This document shows positions 36,266 to 47,217 of a stretch of 64,000 nt of DNA, piece by piece (within the stretch, counting starts at the first letter, position 1; each line of letters starts with the position of its first letter). Origin of the DNA: Rhodocyclales bacterium (GTDB lineage Bacteria > Pseudomonadota > Gammaproteobacteria > Burkholderiales > Rhodocyclaceae); the NCBI GenBank assembly GCA_043743785.1, contig JAYTVW010000161.1, positions 35,063 to 99,062 on the forward strand, written 5' to 3'. Position numbers and translations under genes: made by a program. Below the pieces are notes generated by a model. It saw nothing but the letters and a program-made list of their open reading frames with translations. It was not told where the DNA came from and made no database searches.

Positions 36266-39200
36266 TCATATTCCGTTCTCCACCGGTTCCTGCACGGGGC
36301 CAGCCTTCTTGCCGCGGGCAAGCCACAGGCGGAAGCGGTCCATGTAGAGATAAACCACCGGGGTGGTGTAGAGGGTCAGGAGCTGGCTCACCGCCAGGCC
36401 ACCGACGATGGAAATGCCCAAGGGTTGGCGCAGCTCCGAGCCTTCGCCACCCCCCAGAGCCAGGGGCAGGGCGCCCAGCATGGCCGCCAGGGTGGTCATC
36501 ATGATGGGCCGGAAACGCAGCAGACAGGCCTGGCGGATGGCCTCCCGGGGGGGCAGGCCCTGGCTGCGCTCCGCCTCCAGGGCGAAGTCGATCATCATGA
36601 TGGCGTTTTTCTTGACGATACCGATGAGGAGCAGCACGCCGATCATGGCCATGACGGAGAACTCACTGCCGAAGGCCATCAGGGCCAAGAGCGCCCCCAC
36701 CCCCGCCGAGGGCAGGGTGGACAAGATAGTGATGGGGTGGATGGTGCTCTCGTAGAGCACGCCCAGCACCAGGTAGAGCGTCACCAGAGCCGTCAGGATC
36801 AGGATGGGCTGGCTGGCAAGGGACTGCTGGAAGGCCTTGGCCGTGCCCTGGAAGCTGCCCTGCACGGTAGACGGCGCCCCCACCTGGGCCATGGCGCCCT
36901 GGATGAGGCGGGTAGCGTCCGAGAGGGAGGTGCCAGGCACCAGGTTGAAGGAAATCGTCGAGGCGGCGAACTGGCCCTGGTGATTCACCGACAGGGACTG
37001 GCTGGCCGGGCCGAAGCTCGCCACCGCCGACAGGGGCACCTGGGTCGGCAGCGTGCCGGCGGCACCGGGCACGCTCAGCCACAGCTTGGACAGGGAATCC
37101 GCGTTCTGCCAGTAGCGGGGCGCCGCCTCCATGACCACGTGGTACTGGTTGAGGGCCGCGTAAATGGTGGAGGCCTGGCGCTGGCCGTAGGCGTCATTCA
37201 AGGTGGCATCCACCAGCCGGGGCGACACCCTCAGGCGGGCGGCGGTGTCCCGGTCAATGGTCACAAAGGTGGACTGGCCCTTGTCCTGCTGGTCCGTATT
37301 CACGTCCGCCAGTTGGGGCAGGTCGGAAAGAGCCTTTCGCACCTTCGGCTCCCAAGTGCGCAGTTCCGTCAGGTCGTCCGCCTGCAGGGTGAATTGCCAC
37401 TGGGCATTGCTGGCCCGCCCGCCCATGCGGATATCCTGGACCGGCTGCAGGAACAGGTTGGCCCCCGGCTCCTTCGAGAGCTTGCCGCGCAGGCGGTTGA
37501 TGACCTGGTCCGCCGACACCTGGCGTTCGCGCAGGGGCTTCAGGGCGATGAACATCATGCCGGTATTCTTCTGACCGCCGCCGGTGAAGCCCACCACGTT
37601 ATCCACCGCCGGATCCTGGCGCACGATTTCCATGAAAGAGGTGAGTTTGCCGCGCATGGCCTGGAAGGAAATGCCCTGGTCCGCCTGGATGTTGCCGGTA
37701 AGCCGCCCTGTGTCCTGCTGGGGGAAAAAGCCCTTGGGCACCACGGCGTAGAGATAGAAGTTGAGTCCCACGGTGAAGAGCAGAATCAGCATGATGAGGG
37801 GCCGGTGATCCAGAGCCCAGCCCAGGCTCCTGCCATAGCCGGCCTGCAAGCGGGCAAAGCCCTTTTCGGTCCACCGGGAAAAGCCCCCCCATCGATTACG
37901 CGGAGCATCGCGACGCTCGACGCTCCCCTCTCCCCCCGGGAGAGGGGCGGGGGGTGAGGGATCTGACTTCCGAATCGGTTTCAGCCAGCGGGCACAGAGC
38001 ATGGGCGTGGCGGTGAGGGACACCACCAGGGAAATCAGGATGGCCGAGGACAGCACCACGGCGAATTCCCGGAACAGCCGCCCCAGGATGCCCCCCATGA
38101 ACAGGATGGGAATGAACACCGCCACCAGGGACACGCTCATGGACAGCACGGTGAAGCCCACTTCCCGCGCCCCCTTGAGGGCAGCGTCGAGGGGCGTTTC
38201 CCCTGCTTCGATGTGCCGCATGATGTTTTCCAGCACCACGATGGCGTCGTCCACCACGAAGCCGGTGGCCACGGTCAAGGCCATGAGGGACAGGTTGTCC
38301 AGGCTGTAGCCGCACAGGTACATGACGGCGAAGGTGCCCCCCAGGGACACGGGCACCGCCACGGCGGGAATCAGGGTGGCGGGCCCGTTGCCGAGAAACA
38401 GGAACACCACCAGGATCACCAGGCCGAAGGAAATCATCAGACTGCGTTCCACTTCCCGCAGGGACGCCCGAATGGTGGTGGTACGCTCCACGGCCACGTT
38501 CACGTCGATGGAACCCGGAATGGAGGCCTTGAGGGCCGGCAGCAGCGCCTTCACCCGCTCCACGGTTTCGATGATGTTGGCGCCGGGCTGGCGGTTGATG
38601 ATGACCAACACGGAGGGCTGGGCGTTGGAGAGGCCGGCGTTACGCAGGTCCTCCACCGAATCCACCACTTCCTCGGAGACATCCGCGAGGCGCACGGCGG
38701 CGCCGTTCCTGTAGGAAATAATCAGGGGCAGGTATTCGGCGGCGGTGCGGGCCTGGTCATTGGCGGTGATCTGCCAGTGCTTGTCACCCTCCTCCAGGTC
38801 GCCCTTGGGGCGGTTGGCATTGGCAGCGGCCAGGGCCGTGCGCACGTCCTCCAGGCCGATGCCGTACTTGTGCAGGGCCAGGGGATTCAATTCCACCCGC
38901 ACGGCGGGCAGGGAACTGCCCCCCACGGACACCTGGCCCACGCCTTCGATCTGGGCCAGCTTCTGGGCCAGGATGGTGGAGGCGGCGTCATAGATGCGCC
39001 CCTGGCTGAGCGTCGGCGAGGTCAAGGCCAGGATCATCACCGGTGCATCCGCTGGATTCACCTTGCGGTAGGTGGGATTGCCCGGCATGCCGGTGGGCAG
39101 GAGACTCCTGGCGGCGGCGATGGCGCCCTGCACATCCCGGGCCGCACCGTTAATGTCCCGGTCCAGGTCGAATTGCAGGGTAATGCGAGTGTTGCCCAGG

Positions 39201-39454
39201 GAGCTGGAGGACGTGATCTCCGTGATGCCGGCAATGCGCCCCAGGGATCGCTCCAGGGGCGTGGCCACCGTGGCCGCCATGGTCTCCGGACTGGCGCCGG
39301 GGAGCGACGCCTGCACCGAGATGGTGGGGAAATCCACCTGGGGCAGGGGTGACACGGGCAGCAACTGAAAGCCCAACAAGCCCGCCAGAAAAATCGCCAG
39401 CGTCAGCAAGGTCGTCGCCACCGGCCGGTGGATGAAGGGCGCGGAGAGGTTCAT
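36266..39454 (-). CDS. mdtC: RND multidrug efflux permease (MdtC-like)
   Basis: ATG 39454: [18 protein letters not shown]. 12-TM AcrB/MdtC architecture. Second of two tandem RND permeases. Contains an in-frame repeat insertion near 37.9 kb. Confidence 0.9.
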   Translation of the reverse strand: MNLSAPFIHRPVATTLLTLAIFLAGLLGFQLLPVSPLPQVDFPTISVQASLPGASPETMAATVATPLERSLGRIAGITEITSSSSLGNTRITLQFDLDRDINGAARDVQGAIAAARSLLPTGMPGNPTYRKVNPADAPVMILALTSPTLSQGRIYDAASTILAQKLAQIEGVGQVSVGGSSLPAVRVELNPLALHKYGIGLEDVRTALAAANANRPKGDLEEGDKHWQITANDQARTAAEYLPLIISYRNGAAVRLADVSEEVVDSVEDLRNAGLSNAQPSVLVIINRQPGANIIETVERVKALLPALKASIPGSIDVNVAVERTTTIRASLREVERSLMISFGLVILVVFLFLGNGPATLIPAVAVPVSLGGTFAVMYLCGYSLDNLSLMALTVATGFVVDDAIVVLENIMRHIEAGETPLDAALKGAREVGFTVLSMSVSLVAVFIPILFMGGILGRLFREFAVVLSSAILISLVVSLTATPMLCARWLKPIRKSDPSPPAPLPGGEGSVERRDAPRNRWGGFSRWTEKGFARLQAGYGRSLGWALDHRPLIMLILLFTVGLNFYLYAVVPKGFFPQQDTGRLTGNIQADQGISFQAMRGKLTSFMEIVRQDPAVDNVVGFTGGGQKNTGMMFIALKPLRERQVSADQVINRLRGKLSKEPGANLFLQPVQDIRMGGRASNAQWQFTLQADDLTELRTWEPKVRKALSDLPQLADVNTDQQDKGQSTFVTIDRDTAARLRVSPRLVDATLNDAYGQRQASTIYAALNQYHVVMEAAPRYWQNADSLSKLWLSVPGAAGTLPTQVPLSAVASFGPASQSLSVNHQGQFAASTISFNLVPGTSLSDATRLIQGAMAQVGAPSTVQGSFQGTAKAFQQSLASQPILILTALVTLYLVLGVLYESTIHPITILSTLPSAGVGALLALMAFGSEFSVMAMIGVLLLIGIVKKNAIMMIDFALEAERSQGLPPREAIRQACLLRFRPIMMTTLAAMLGALPLALGGGEGSELRQPLGISIVGGLAVSQLLTLYTTPVVYLYMDRFRLWLARGKKAGPVQEPVENGI
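37900..37971. repeat. family B element inside the mdtC coding sequence
   Basis: CCCCTCTCCCCCCGGGAGAGGGG (37925-37947) followed by CGGGGGGTGAGGG, alignable with the 11.2 kb copy. Read in frame as [22 protein letters not shown]. Confidence 0.75.
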
Positions 39455-39488
39455 GCCGCAGCCATCCTTGAACCCGAAAAACAAAAGG

Positions 39489-39609
39489 CTTCACCGCAAA
39501 GGCGCAGAGGACGCAAAGTCTCGCAAAGGAAAACCAAAACAAGGCCAGGAAAAGCCTTGCTCTTGCAGTTCTTCGCGGCCCTTTGCGCCTTTGCGCCTTT
39601 GCAGTGAGG
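39489..39609. repeat. octamer-armed inverted-repeat element (family A), copy 2, CAAAGG variant
   Basis: TTCACCGCAAAGGCGCAGAGGACGCAAAG ... CTTTGCGCCTTTGCGCCTTTGCAGTGAGG. Fills the mdtB-mdtC spacer. Confidence 0.8.
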
Positions 39610-39620
39610 TTTTTCGGCCT

Positions 39621-42600
39621 TCATTCTTCCTTCCCCCCCCGAAAGCGCCGGGCCAGGCGGTCGAAGGCCAGGTAGATGACGGGGGTGGTGAACAGGGTCA
39701 GGGCCTGGGACACCAGGAGGCCGCCCACCATGGTGATGCCCAGGGGGTGACGCAGTTCGGAACCCACGCCGTTGCCCAGCATCAGCGGCAGGGCGCCCAG
39801 CAGGGCCGCCAGGGTCGTCATCATGATGGGGCGGAAACGCAGGAGGCAGGCCTGGTGGATGGCTTCCCGGGGCGACATCCCCAGGTTCCTCTCCGCGTCC
39901 AGGGCGAAGTCGATCATCATGATGGCGTTCTTCTTGACGATGCCGATCAGGAGAATGATGCCGATGATGCCGATGATGCCCAGGTCGTTGCCGGAAACCA
40001 TCAGGGCCAGCAGCGCCCCCACGCCGGCGGAGGGCAGGGTGGACAGGATGGTGATGGGATGGATGTAGCTCTCGTAGAGCACCCCCAGCACGATGTACAT
40101 GCTCACCACCGCCGCCAGAATCAGCAGTAACTGGTTGTCGAGGGAGGCCCGGAAGGCGGCGGCTGCGCCCTGGAAGCGGGTCTGCAGGCTGGCGGGCATG
40201 CCGATTTCCGCTTCCGCCGCCTCAATGGCCTTGACCGCCGCCCCCAGGGAGGCCCCCGGGGCCAGGTTGAAAGACAGGGTCGCCGAAGGGAACTGGCCCT
40301 GGTGATTCACCACCAGGGCTGCCGGCCGCTCTTCCACATGCACCAGGGCCGACAGAGGCACCTGGCCGCCGCTGGCGGTGGTGAGGCGCAGGTTGTCAAT
40401 GGCAGACAGGCCTTTCCTGAATTCCGGCTTCACTTCCAGCACCACCCGGTACTGGTTGGACTGGGTGAAGATGGTGGACACCAGGCGCTGGCCGAAGGCG
40501 TCGTAGAGGGCGTTGGAAATGGCCGCCGGGGTGACGCCTAAGCGCCCGGCGGTATCCCGGTCAATGGAGATATAGGCCTGCAGGCCCTGGTCCATCAAGT
40601 CGCTGGCCACTTCCCGCAGTTCCGGCACTTTGGCCAGCCGCTCCACCAGTTTCGGCACCCACAGGGCCAGTTCCACGGGATTCGCGTCTTCCACCGAGAA
40701 CTGGTACTGGGTGCGGCTGACCCGGTCCTCAATGGTCAGATCCTGGATAGGCTGCATGAACAGGGTCACACCCGGGGTGGCTGCCAATTTATCCTGCAGC
40801 CGCGCCATGACCACCTGCACGCTGCCCCGCTCTTCCCTGGGCTTCAGGTTGATGAGCAGGCGCCCGCTGTTCAAGGTGGTGTTCACCCCATCCACGCCGA
40901 TGAAGGACGACAGGCTGTCCACCCCCGGATCTTTCAAGACCACCGCCGCCACGGCCTGCTGGCGTTCCGACATGGCGGCAAAGGATATGGACTGGGGCGC
41001 CTCGGTGATGCCCTGGATCACCCCCGTGTCCTGCAGCGGGAAGAAGCCCTTGGGCACATAGACGTAGAGCAGCACCGTCAGCAAAAGCGTGCCGACGGCC
41101 ACCATCAAGGTGGCGGTCTGGTGATTCAGCACGCGAATCAGCAGGCGGTCGTAGCCGGCAATGACGCGCTCGATGAAGGCACCGCTGGCGTGGTAGAAGC
41201 GGCCCTGCTTTTCTTCCGGCACATGGGTGAGCAGGCGCGCGCAGAGCATGGGCGTGAGGGTCAGGGACACCACGGCGGAAATCAGGATGGCCACCGCCAG
41301 GGTGATGGCGAATTCCCGGAACAGCCGCCCCACCACGTCCCCCATGAACAACAGGGGAATCAGCACGGCGATCAGGGAAATGGTCAGGGAAATGATGGTG
41401 AAGCCGATCTGCTTGGCCCCCTTGAGGGCCGCCTGCATGGGTGGATCACCGGCCTCCAGGTAGCGAGCGATGTTCTCGATCATCACGATGGCGTCGTCCA
41501 CCACGAAACCGGTGGCAATGGTCATGGCCATCAGGGTCAGGTTATTGATGGAGAAACCCGCCAGATACATGACGCCAAAGGTGCCCACCAGCGAAAGCGG
41601 CACCGCCACGCTGGGAATAAGCGTGGCCGGCAGGTTCCGGAGGAACAGGAAGATCACCATCACCACCAGCACCACGGCGAGGAAAAGTTCCACCTGCACG
41701 TCGTTCACCGAGGCCCGGATGGTCACGGTGCGGTCGGTCAGGGGCGTCACCTCAATGGAACCCGGCAGGGTGGTACGCAACTGGGGCAGGAGCTTCTGGA
41801 TGCGGTCTACCACCTCGATGACATTGGCGCCGGGCTGGCGCTGGATGTTGAGGATGACGGCGGCGGACTCGTTGGCCCAGGCGGCGAGGCGCACGTTCTC
41901 CGCGTCCTCGATGACATCGGCCACGTCGAGAAGGCGAATGGGGGCGCCGTTTTTATAGGCGATGATGACTTTGCGGTAGTCCTCGGCAGAGCGGATCTGG
42001 TCATTGGCGTCCAGGGTGGAAGCCCGGGTCGGGCCGTCGAAACTGCCCTTGGCAAGATTGACGTTGGCGTTGCCCAAAGCCGTGCGCAGATCCTCCAGGC
42101 TCATGCCGTAGGCCGACAGAGCCTTGGGATTGGCCTGCACCCGCACGGCGGGACGCTGGCCGCCGCTGATGCTGACCAGCCCGACGCCGGGCAGTTGGGA
42201 AATCTTCTGGGCCAGGCGCGTGTCGGCGAAGTCCTCCACCTTGGACAGGGGCAGGGTCTTCGAAGTGAGGGCCAGGGCCATGATGGGGGCGTCCGCCGGA
42301 TTCACCTTGCTGTAGATCGGCGGCATGGGCAGATCCGTGGGCAGATAGGTGCCGGAAGCATTGATGGCCGCCTGCACCTGCTGCTCCGCCACGTCCAGGC
42401 TCAGAGCCAGGGAGAACTGCAGGGTGATGACGGAAGCCCCGCCAGAACTGGTGGACGACATCTGGGACAGCCCGGGCATCTGGCCGAACTGGCGCTCCAG
42501 GGGCGCGGTAATGCTGGACGTAACCACGTCCGGGCTGGCACCGGGATAGAGGGTGGTGACCTGAATGGTGGGGTAATCCACCTGGGGCAGGGCCGAGATG

Positions 42601-42698
42601 GGTAAGAGCCGATAGGCCACCAGCCCGGACAGCAGGATGGCCAGCATCAGCAACGTCGTCGCCACCGGCCGCAGGATGAACAGGCGGGAGGGGTTCAC
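39621..42698 (-). CDS. mdtB: RND multidrug efflux permease (MdtB-like)
   Basis: GTG start, [18 protein letters not shown]. 1025 aa with AcrB-family architecture. Follows the MFP gene. Confidence 0.9.
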   Translation of the reverse strand: MNPSRLFILRPVATTLLMLAILLSGLVAYRLLPISALPQVDYPTIQVTTLYPGASPDVVTSSITAPLERQFGQMPGLSQMSSTSSGGASVITLQFSLALSLDVAEQQVQAAINASGTYLPTDLPMPPIYSKVNPADAPIMALALTSKTLPLSKVEDFADTRLAQKISQLPGVGLVSISGGQRPAVRVQANPKALSAYGMSLEDLRTALGNANVNLAKGSFDGPTRASTLDANDQIRSAEDYRKVIIAYKNGAPIRLLDVADVIEDAENVRLAAWANESAAVILNIQRQPGANVIEVVDRIQKLLPQLRTTLPGSIEVTPLTDRTVTIRASVNDVQVELFLAVVLVVMVIFLFLRNLPATLIPSVAVPLSLVGTFGVMYLAGFSINNLTLMAMTIATGFVVDDAIVMIENIARYLEAGDPPMQAALKGAKQIGFTIISLTISLIAVLIPLLFMGDVVGRLFREFAITLAVAILISAVVSLTLTPMLCARLLTHVPEEKQGRFYHASGAFIERVIAGYDRLLIRVLNHQTATLMVAVGTLLLTVLLYVYVPKGFFPLQDTGVIQGITEAPQSISFAAMSERQQAVAAVVLKDPGVDSLSSFIGVDGVNTTLNSGRLLINLKPREERGSVQVVMARLQDKLAATPGVTLFMQPIQDLTIEDRVSRTQYQFSVEDANPVELALWVPKLVERLAKVPELREVASDLMDQGLQAYISIDRDTAGRLGVTPAAISNALYDAFGQRLVSTIFTQSNQYRVVLEVKPEFRKGLSAIDNLRLTTASGGQVPLSALVHVEERPAALVVNHQGQFPSATLSFNLAPGASLGAAVKAIEAAEAEIGMPASLQTRFQGAAAAFRASLDNQLLLILAAVVSMYIVLGVLYESYIHPITILSTLPSAGVGALLALMVSGNDLGIIGIIGIILLIGIVKKNAIMMIDFALDAERNLGMSPREAIHQACLLRFRPIMMTTLAALLGALPLMLGNGVGSELRHPLGITMVGGLLVSQALTLFTTPVIYLAFDRLARRFRGGKEE

Positions 42699-42726
42699 CA
42701 GACGATCCCTCTTTGCAAAAAGCTAT

Positions 42727-42879
42727 TTGAAACGCCGAGGCGCAGAGGCGCCGAGAACACCAAAGAAACATCCGCGGGAGCCCTTCGTAGGTCGGGTTTT
42801 AACCCGACATTCAATCTCGCTGTCGGGTTAAAACCAGACCTACGATTTTCCTCGGCGCCTCGGCGCCTCGGCGTTTCAA
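42727..42879. repeat. octamer-armed inverted-repeat element (family A), copy 3, with a nested GTAG-REP pair
   Basis: TTGAAACGCCGAGGCGCAGAGGCGCCGAG ... CTCGGCGCCTCGGCGCCTCGGCGTTTCAA. Fills the mdtA-mdtB spacer. Confidence 0.85.
42787..42843. repeat. GTAG-type REP pair, family 1, nested in family-A element copy 3
   Basis: GTAGGTCGGGTTTTAACCCGACA ... TGTCGGGTTAAAACCAGACCTAC. Confidence 0.8.
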
Positions 42880-42894
42880 TCAGTTTTTCCGGCT

Positions 42895-44262
42895 TCATTC
42901 CCCGCCCCGGCGCTTTTTCCATTCGGCGGGTTTGCCATCAGCGGAGGCAGCATTCGCGGGGGCTGCATTCGTGGGGCCGGCTTCAGCCGGCCTTGGGCCT
43001 GCAGGCTTGCCCTCCGCAGGCTTACCCTCTCCCGGCTTGCCGCCCTTCCTGCGTTCACCGCCGCCTGCGGCCTTGCCGGCGCCCGGCATCTGGGGTTCCA
43101 CCTTGGCACCTTCCCGCAGCTTGTCGGCGCCGTCGGCCACTACGGATTCGCCCGGGGCCAGGCCTTCTTCCACGGCGGTGGTTTCCCCCTCCGCCGGGCC
43201 CAGCTTTACCGGCCGCACCGTCACGCTCTTGTCGTCCTTGATGACGTAGACGAAGACATTGTTCTGTTTGCCACGCTGGATGGCGGAGGTCGGCACCAGT
43301 ACCACATCCCTCTTCACGTCCAGGGCCAGGCGCAGGTTCACGAACTGGTTGGGAAAGAGGGCGGCATCGTCGTTGGCGAACTTGGCCTTGAGCTTGACCG
43401 TGCCGGTAGCCGCATCGATCTGGCTGTCCACCGCCAGCAGGCTACCCTCGGCCAGCTTCACTTTCTGCTCCCGATCCCAGGCCGTCACCGCCAGTTTCTC
43501 CCCGGCGGCAAGTTTCTTCATGACGGCCGGAATGCTGTCCTCCGCCAGGCTGAACAGGGCGGCGATGGGCTGGGTCTGGGCGATGACCACCAGACCGTTG
43601 GCGTCCGAGGCATGCACAATGTTACCGGCGTCCACCTGGCGCAGGCCCGCCCGGCCGGCAGCCGGTGCCGTGACGCGCGCATAGGAAAGCTGCAGGCGGG
43701 CATTGTCCACCTGGCCCTGGTCCACCTTGACGGTGCCCTCGTACTGGCGCACCAGGGCCTCCTGGGTATCCAGCTGTTGTTTGGGGATGGAATCCTGGGC
43801 CACCAGGTTGCGGTAGCGTTCCTGATCCAGTTTCGCGTTCTTCAGCAAGGCCTGGTCCCGGGCGAACTGGCCTTCTGCCTGGGTCAGCAAGACCTGGAAG
43901 GGCCGCGCATCGATCTCCGCCAGCAAATCGCCGGCCTTCACCACCTGGCCCTCCTTGAAATGCACTTTCATCAACTGGCCGTCCACCCGGTATTTCACGG
44001 TGACACTGGACAAGGGCGTCACGTTGCCCAGGCCATTGAGGAAGACCGGCATGTCGCCCTTCTTCGCCGTGGCCGCCAGCACCGGCGTGGGCCGCCCGCC
44101 GCCCTTCTTGCCGGCGGCGGCCTCATCGGTAGCGCCCCCCCGTCCGGCCACAAACCAGTAGCCCGCGCCAATCACGGCCGCCACGGCCAGCCAGACCGAG
44201 GGGCGGCGCATCAGCGGCGGGATGCGGGAAACCCCAGCGTGCTTAACAGGTATCTTGTCCAT
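42895..44262 (-). CDS. mdtA: RND efflux periplasmic adaptor (MdtA-like membrane fusion protein)
   Basis: ATG 44262 (MDKIPVKH). TM anchor, lipoyl/beta-barrel MFP core ([11 protein letters not shown] ... [13 protein letters not shown]). Gly/Lys/Pro-rich C-terminal tail. Confidence 0.88.
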   Translation of the reverse strand: MDKIPVKHAGVSRIPPLMRRPSVWLAVAAVIGAGYWFVAGRGGATDEAAAGKKGGGRPTPVLAATAKKGDMPVFLNGLGNVTPLSSVTVKYRVDGQLMKVHFKEGQVVKAGDLLAEIDARPFQVLLTQAEGQFARDQALLKNAKLDQERYRNLVAQDSIPKQQLDTQEALVRQYEGTVKVDQGQVDNARLQLSYARVTAPAAGRAGLRQVDAGNIVHASDANGLVVIAQTQPIAALFSLAEDSIPAVMKKLAAGEKLAVTAWDREQKVKLAEGSLLAVDSQIDAATGTVKLKAKFANDDAALFPNQFVNLRLALDVKRDVVLVPTSAIQRGKQNNVFVYVIKDDKSVTVRPVKLGPAEGETTAVEEGLAPGESVVADGADKLREGAKVEPQMPGAGKAAGGGERRKGGKPGEGKPAEGKPAGPRPAEAGPTNAAPANAASADGKPAEWKKRRGGE

Positions 44263-44466
44263 GGGGAATCGTGTACGCAGCGACGTAAAAGAGCGGGCAA
44301 TGATAATGAAAATCCCGGCGGCGCCAGGGGCGATTTTTGTATCCCAATGTACCCCGCAGTGCACAAACCAGCCCTTGCCGGCCTCCGGCGACGCCTGGCA
44401 CCGGCTGGGGCTTCAGGATCATTTACACTTTCTTGATGATTATCACGCCCCGGATACTTGTAACGC

Positions 44467-47145
44467 ATGGTTTCCCGCGCTACCGTGGGCGCTCTTCTTG
44501 AGGGATGTTCATTCATCCACCATCCCACCCACACCATGCCCCCCTCACTGCCACCGGCACCAGCCCCCCTTCCCCCGGGCCTGTCCATCCGGACCCTGCT
44601 GACGATCCTCGCCGCCCTGGTCATCCTGCCCCTGGGTTTTGATTTCTTCTACGAAACCTGGGTGGAGGAATCGGAAGGCTATGAACGGGCAAACGATGCG
44701 GCTTTGCAGATGGCCAAGGTGGCCAGTGCCGATGTCACCCGCTTCCTCAAGCAGTCCGACACACTCATGGACAGCCTGGCCCGGCGCCCCCGGGTCCAAG
44801 CCCTCGATCCAGACCACTGCGACCCGCTCCTGCAGGATATCCCGACACTGTTCCAACGCTATGAAGTGCCGTCCACCATGGACCTGAACGGCCATTTCAT
44901 CTGCCACAGCGTCCCCCTGGCCCGGCAGCCGGCAGACCCGGGGGCCGAAATCCGCGGACGCCTGGCGCAAATGCAGGCGCACCCAGGCTTCGTACTCGGC
45001 CACTTGAAACGGGGCATTCTCACTGGCAACTGGATCGTGCCCCTGTCCCGCCCCATTCTGGACGAACGGGGCACGCTGAAGGGCATGCTCAATCTGACCG
45101 TGGATCTGAAACGTTTCAGCGCCCTGGCCGCTGGCCCCCAGCCCGGCGCCCGCTACGCCATCGCCCTGGTGGATGGCCGGGGCTACATGCTCACGGGTTC
45201 CGGCGGCATGGAGCGCTTCGTCGGCCGGGACCACGCCGGGGTTCCCTTGGGCACCTGGCTGGCACGGCACCAGGAAGGCTCGGCCCGCAGCCGGGGCCTC
45301 GACGGAGTGGAACGCCTGTTCAGTTTCACGCCGGTGGAAGGCTCTAACTGGATGGTGGCCGCAGGTGCCCCGGCGGAAGACATTGATCGCCAGGTGCGGG
45401 ACAACCGGCTGCTGCATGCCGGCATCGGGCTGTTGCTGCTGGGCACGGCAGTGGCGCTGCTCTCCTACCTGAACCGGCGCATCGAGCGCCCCATCTCCCG
45501 GCTGCTGGCCACCACCCGGGCCGTGGCCGAAGGCGACACGGACGTGCGGGCGGAGTCCACCCGGGTGCCGGAATTCGCTGAGGTAGGGCGGGGCTTCAAC
45601 CTCATGCTGGATGCCCTGCAACGCCAGCGCCACGCCATCGAGGTGTCCCGCCACCAACTGGAAAGCGTGCTGGCGGCGGTGGAGGAAGTCATCTATTCCT
45701 GGTCGCCCCGGGAGCACAAGGTACATTTCGTCAGCCAGTCGGTGGAACGCCTCTACGGCATCACCGTGGCGCAAGTCCACGCCGACCCGACCCTCTGGAT
45801 GGCGGCAGTACATCCGGAGGACAAGGCCCGCGTCAAAGCGGGGCTTCAGGCCTTGCTGACCAACGTCAGCTACGACATGGAGTACCGGACCCTGCTGGCG
45901 GACGGCACGGAGCACTGGGTGCATGACCGGGCCCGCCCGGTCCGGGGACCGGACGGCAGCATCGAACGGGTGGATGGCCTGGCGATTGACATTACGGCGC
46001 GGCGCCAGGCGGAAAAGCGCATCCGGGAAAGCGAAGCCCGTCTCTCCGGTTTCATCAGTACCGCCCTGGACGGCATCGTCATGATCGACGGCAATCATCG
46101 CATCAGCCTCTTGAATCCAGCGGCGGAGCACATCTTTGGCTGGAAGGCCGGGGAACTGCTCGGCAAGCCCCTGAACGAGCTGATCCCCCAGACGGGCCGC
46201 CACGGCCACGACCATCTGATGGACCATTTCGGCGACACCAGCGAACCGGCCCACCGGCTCTTCCGTCCCGGCCAGGTCCAGGGCCTGCGCAAGAACGGCG
46301 AAGCGTTTCCCCTGGATGTCTCTGTTTCCCACATGAAGCTGGCGGGCCGCAGCTATTTCACCGCCATTTTGCGGGACCGCACGGACCAGGAAAAAGCCGA
46401 TCAGGCCATCCGCAGTCTCAACGAACAACTGGAAAAGCGCGTCGAAGACCGCACGCTCAAGCTGGAACAGGCCATGCGGCAGCTGGAATCCTTCTCCTAT
46501 TCCATATCCCATGATCTGCGGGCGCCCCTCAGAGCCATCAACGGCTTCTCCCATATTCTGCAGGAAACAGAAGCCAGCCAGCTCAGCCCGGAAGGCGCCG
46601 GCCTCTTGGAGCGCATCATGAAGAACGCCGACCGCATGGGGGAACTCATCGACGACGTCCTGGCCTACTCCCGCGTCACCCGGGCGGAACTGCGTCTGAC
46701 GGATGTTTCCATGGCTGGCCTGGCCAGCGCCGTGGCCAAGGAACTGGGCGAACAACACCCCGCAGCCAGGATAAGCATCGGTCCCTTGCCGCCCTGCCGG
46801 GGCGACGCCGCCATGCTGCGCCAGCTATGGAGCAACTTGATCGACAACGCCCTGAAGTTCTCCGAGGGCCGGACGGCGCCCGTGGTGGACATCGGTTTTG
46901 CCCGCAATCCACAGACCGGGCAGGACGAATACTTCATCCGAGACAACGGCGCCGGCTTCGACATGCGCTATGCGGGCCAGCTCTTCGGCGTGTTCCAGCG
47001 CATGCACGGCGCCCAGGCCTTTCCGGGTACCGGCGTGGGCCTGTCCATCGTCAAGCAGATCATCGAACGCCACCGGGGCCGGATCCGCGCCGAAGCCTCC
47101 CCGGGCGAGGGCGCGACGTTCTACTTCAGCATCGGCCGGCCCTAA
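44467..47145 (+). CDS. sensor histidine kinase (TM - Cache-like periplasmic domain - HAMP - 2x PAS - HisKA - HATPase)
   Basis: Two TM segments. H-box SISHDLRAPLRAINGF, N-box LWSNLIDNALKF, G-boxes DNGAGF and GTGVGLSIV. No response regulator adjacent. Confidence 0.85.
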   Translation: MVSRATVGALLEGCSFIHHPTHTMPPSLPPAPAPLPPGLSIRTLLTILAALVILPLGFDFFYETWVEESEGYERANDAALQMAKVASADVTRFLKQSDTLMDSLARRPRVQALDPDHCDPLLQDIPTLFQRYEVPSTMDLNGHFICHSVPLARQPADPGAEIRGRLAQMQAHPGFVLGHLKRGILTGNWIVPLSRPILDERGTLKGMLNLTVDLKRFSALAAGPQPGARYAIALVDGRGYMLTGSGGMERFVGRDHAGVPLGTWLARHQEGSARSRGLDGVERLFSFTPVEGSNWMVAAGAPAEDIDRQVRDNRLLHAGIGLLLLGTAVALLSYLNRRIERPISRLLATTRAVAEGDTDVRAESTRVPEFAEVGRGFNLMLDALQRQRHAIEVSRHQLESVLAAVEEVIYSWSPREHKVHFVSQSVERLYGITVAQVHADPTLWMAAVHPEDKARVKAGLQALLTNVSYDMEYRTLLADGTEHWVHDRARPVRGPDGSIERVDGLAIDITARRQAEKRIRESEARLSGFISTALDGIVMIDGNHRISLLNPAAEHIFGWKAGELLGKPLNELIPQTGRHGHDHLMDHFGDTSEPAHRLFRPGQVQGLRKNGEAFPLDVSVSHMKLAGRSYFTAILRDRTDQEKADQAIRSLNEQLEKRVEDRTLKLEQAMRQLESFSYSISHDLRAPLRAINGFSHILQETEASQLSPEGAGLLERIMKNADRMGELIDDVLAYSRVTRAELRLTDVSMAGLASAVAKELGEQHPAARISIGPLPPCRGDAAMLRQLWSNLIDNALKFSEGRTAPVVDIGFARNPQTGQDEYFIRDNGAGFDMRYAGQLFGVFQRMHGAQAFPGTGVGLSIVKQIIERHRGRIRAEASPGEGATFYFSIGRP

Positions 47146-47217
47146 GGCCGTTATAATCTCGGCCTTGATGCAACCCCGCGCGGGGCAGCAAGGCCCGCGC
47201 GCAACACCGGCGAACAC

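Noticed and set aside
36167-42605. Long plus-strand ORFs (36167-37957, 38213-39352, 39432-40130, 41121-42605)
   Set aside because: All are antisense to the mdtC and mdtB permease genes. His/Gly/Arg/Gln-rich junk translations.
42695-42922. Short ORFs translating repeat elements (e.g. 42695-42922, 51099-51284, 50957-51265, 36100-36504)
   Set aside because: Recurrent PRRRGAE / SAPLRL peptides are simply translations of the octamer arms. They have no independent coding evidence.
44545-46758. 737-aa minus-strand ORF
   Set aside because: Antisense to the histidine kinase gene, which carries clear H, N and G boxes on the plus strand.
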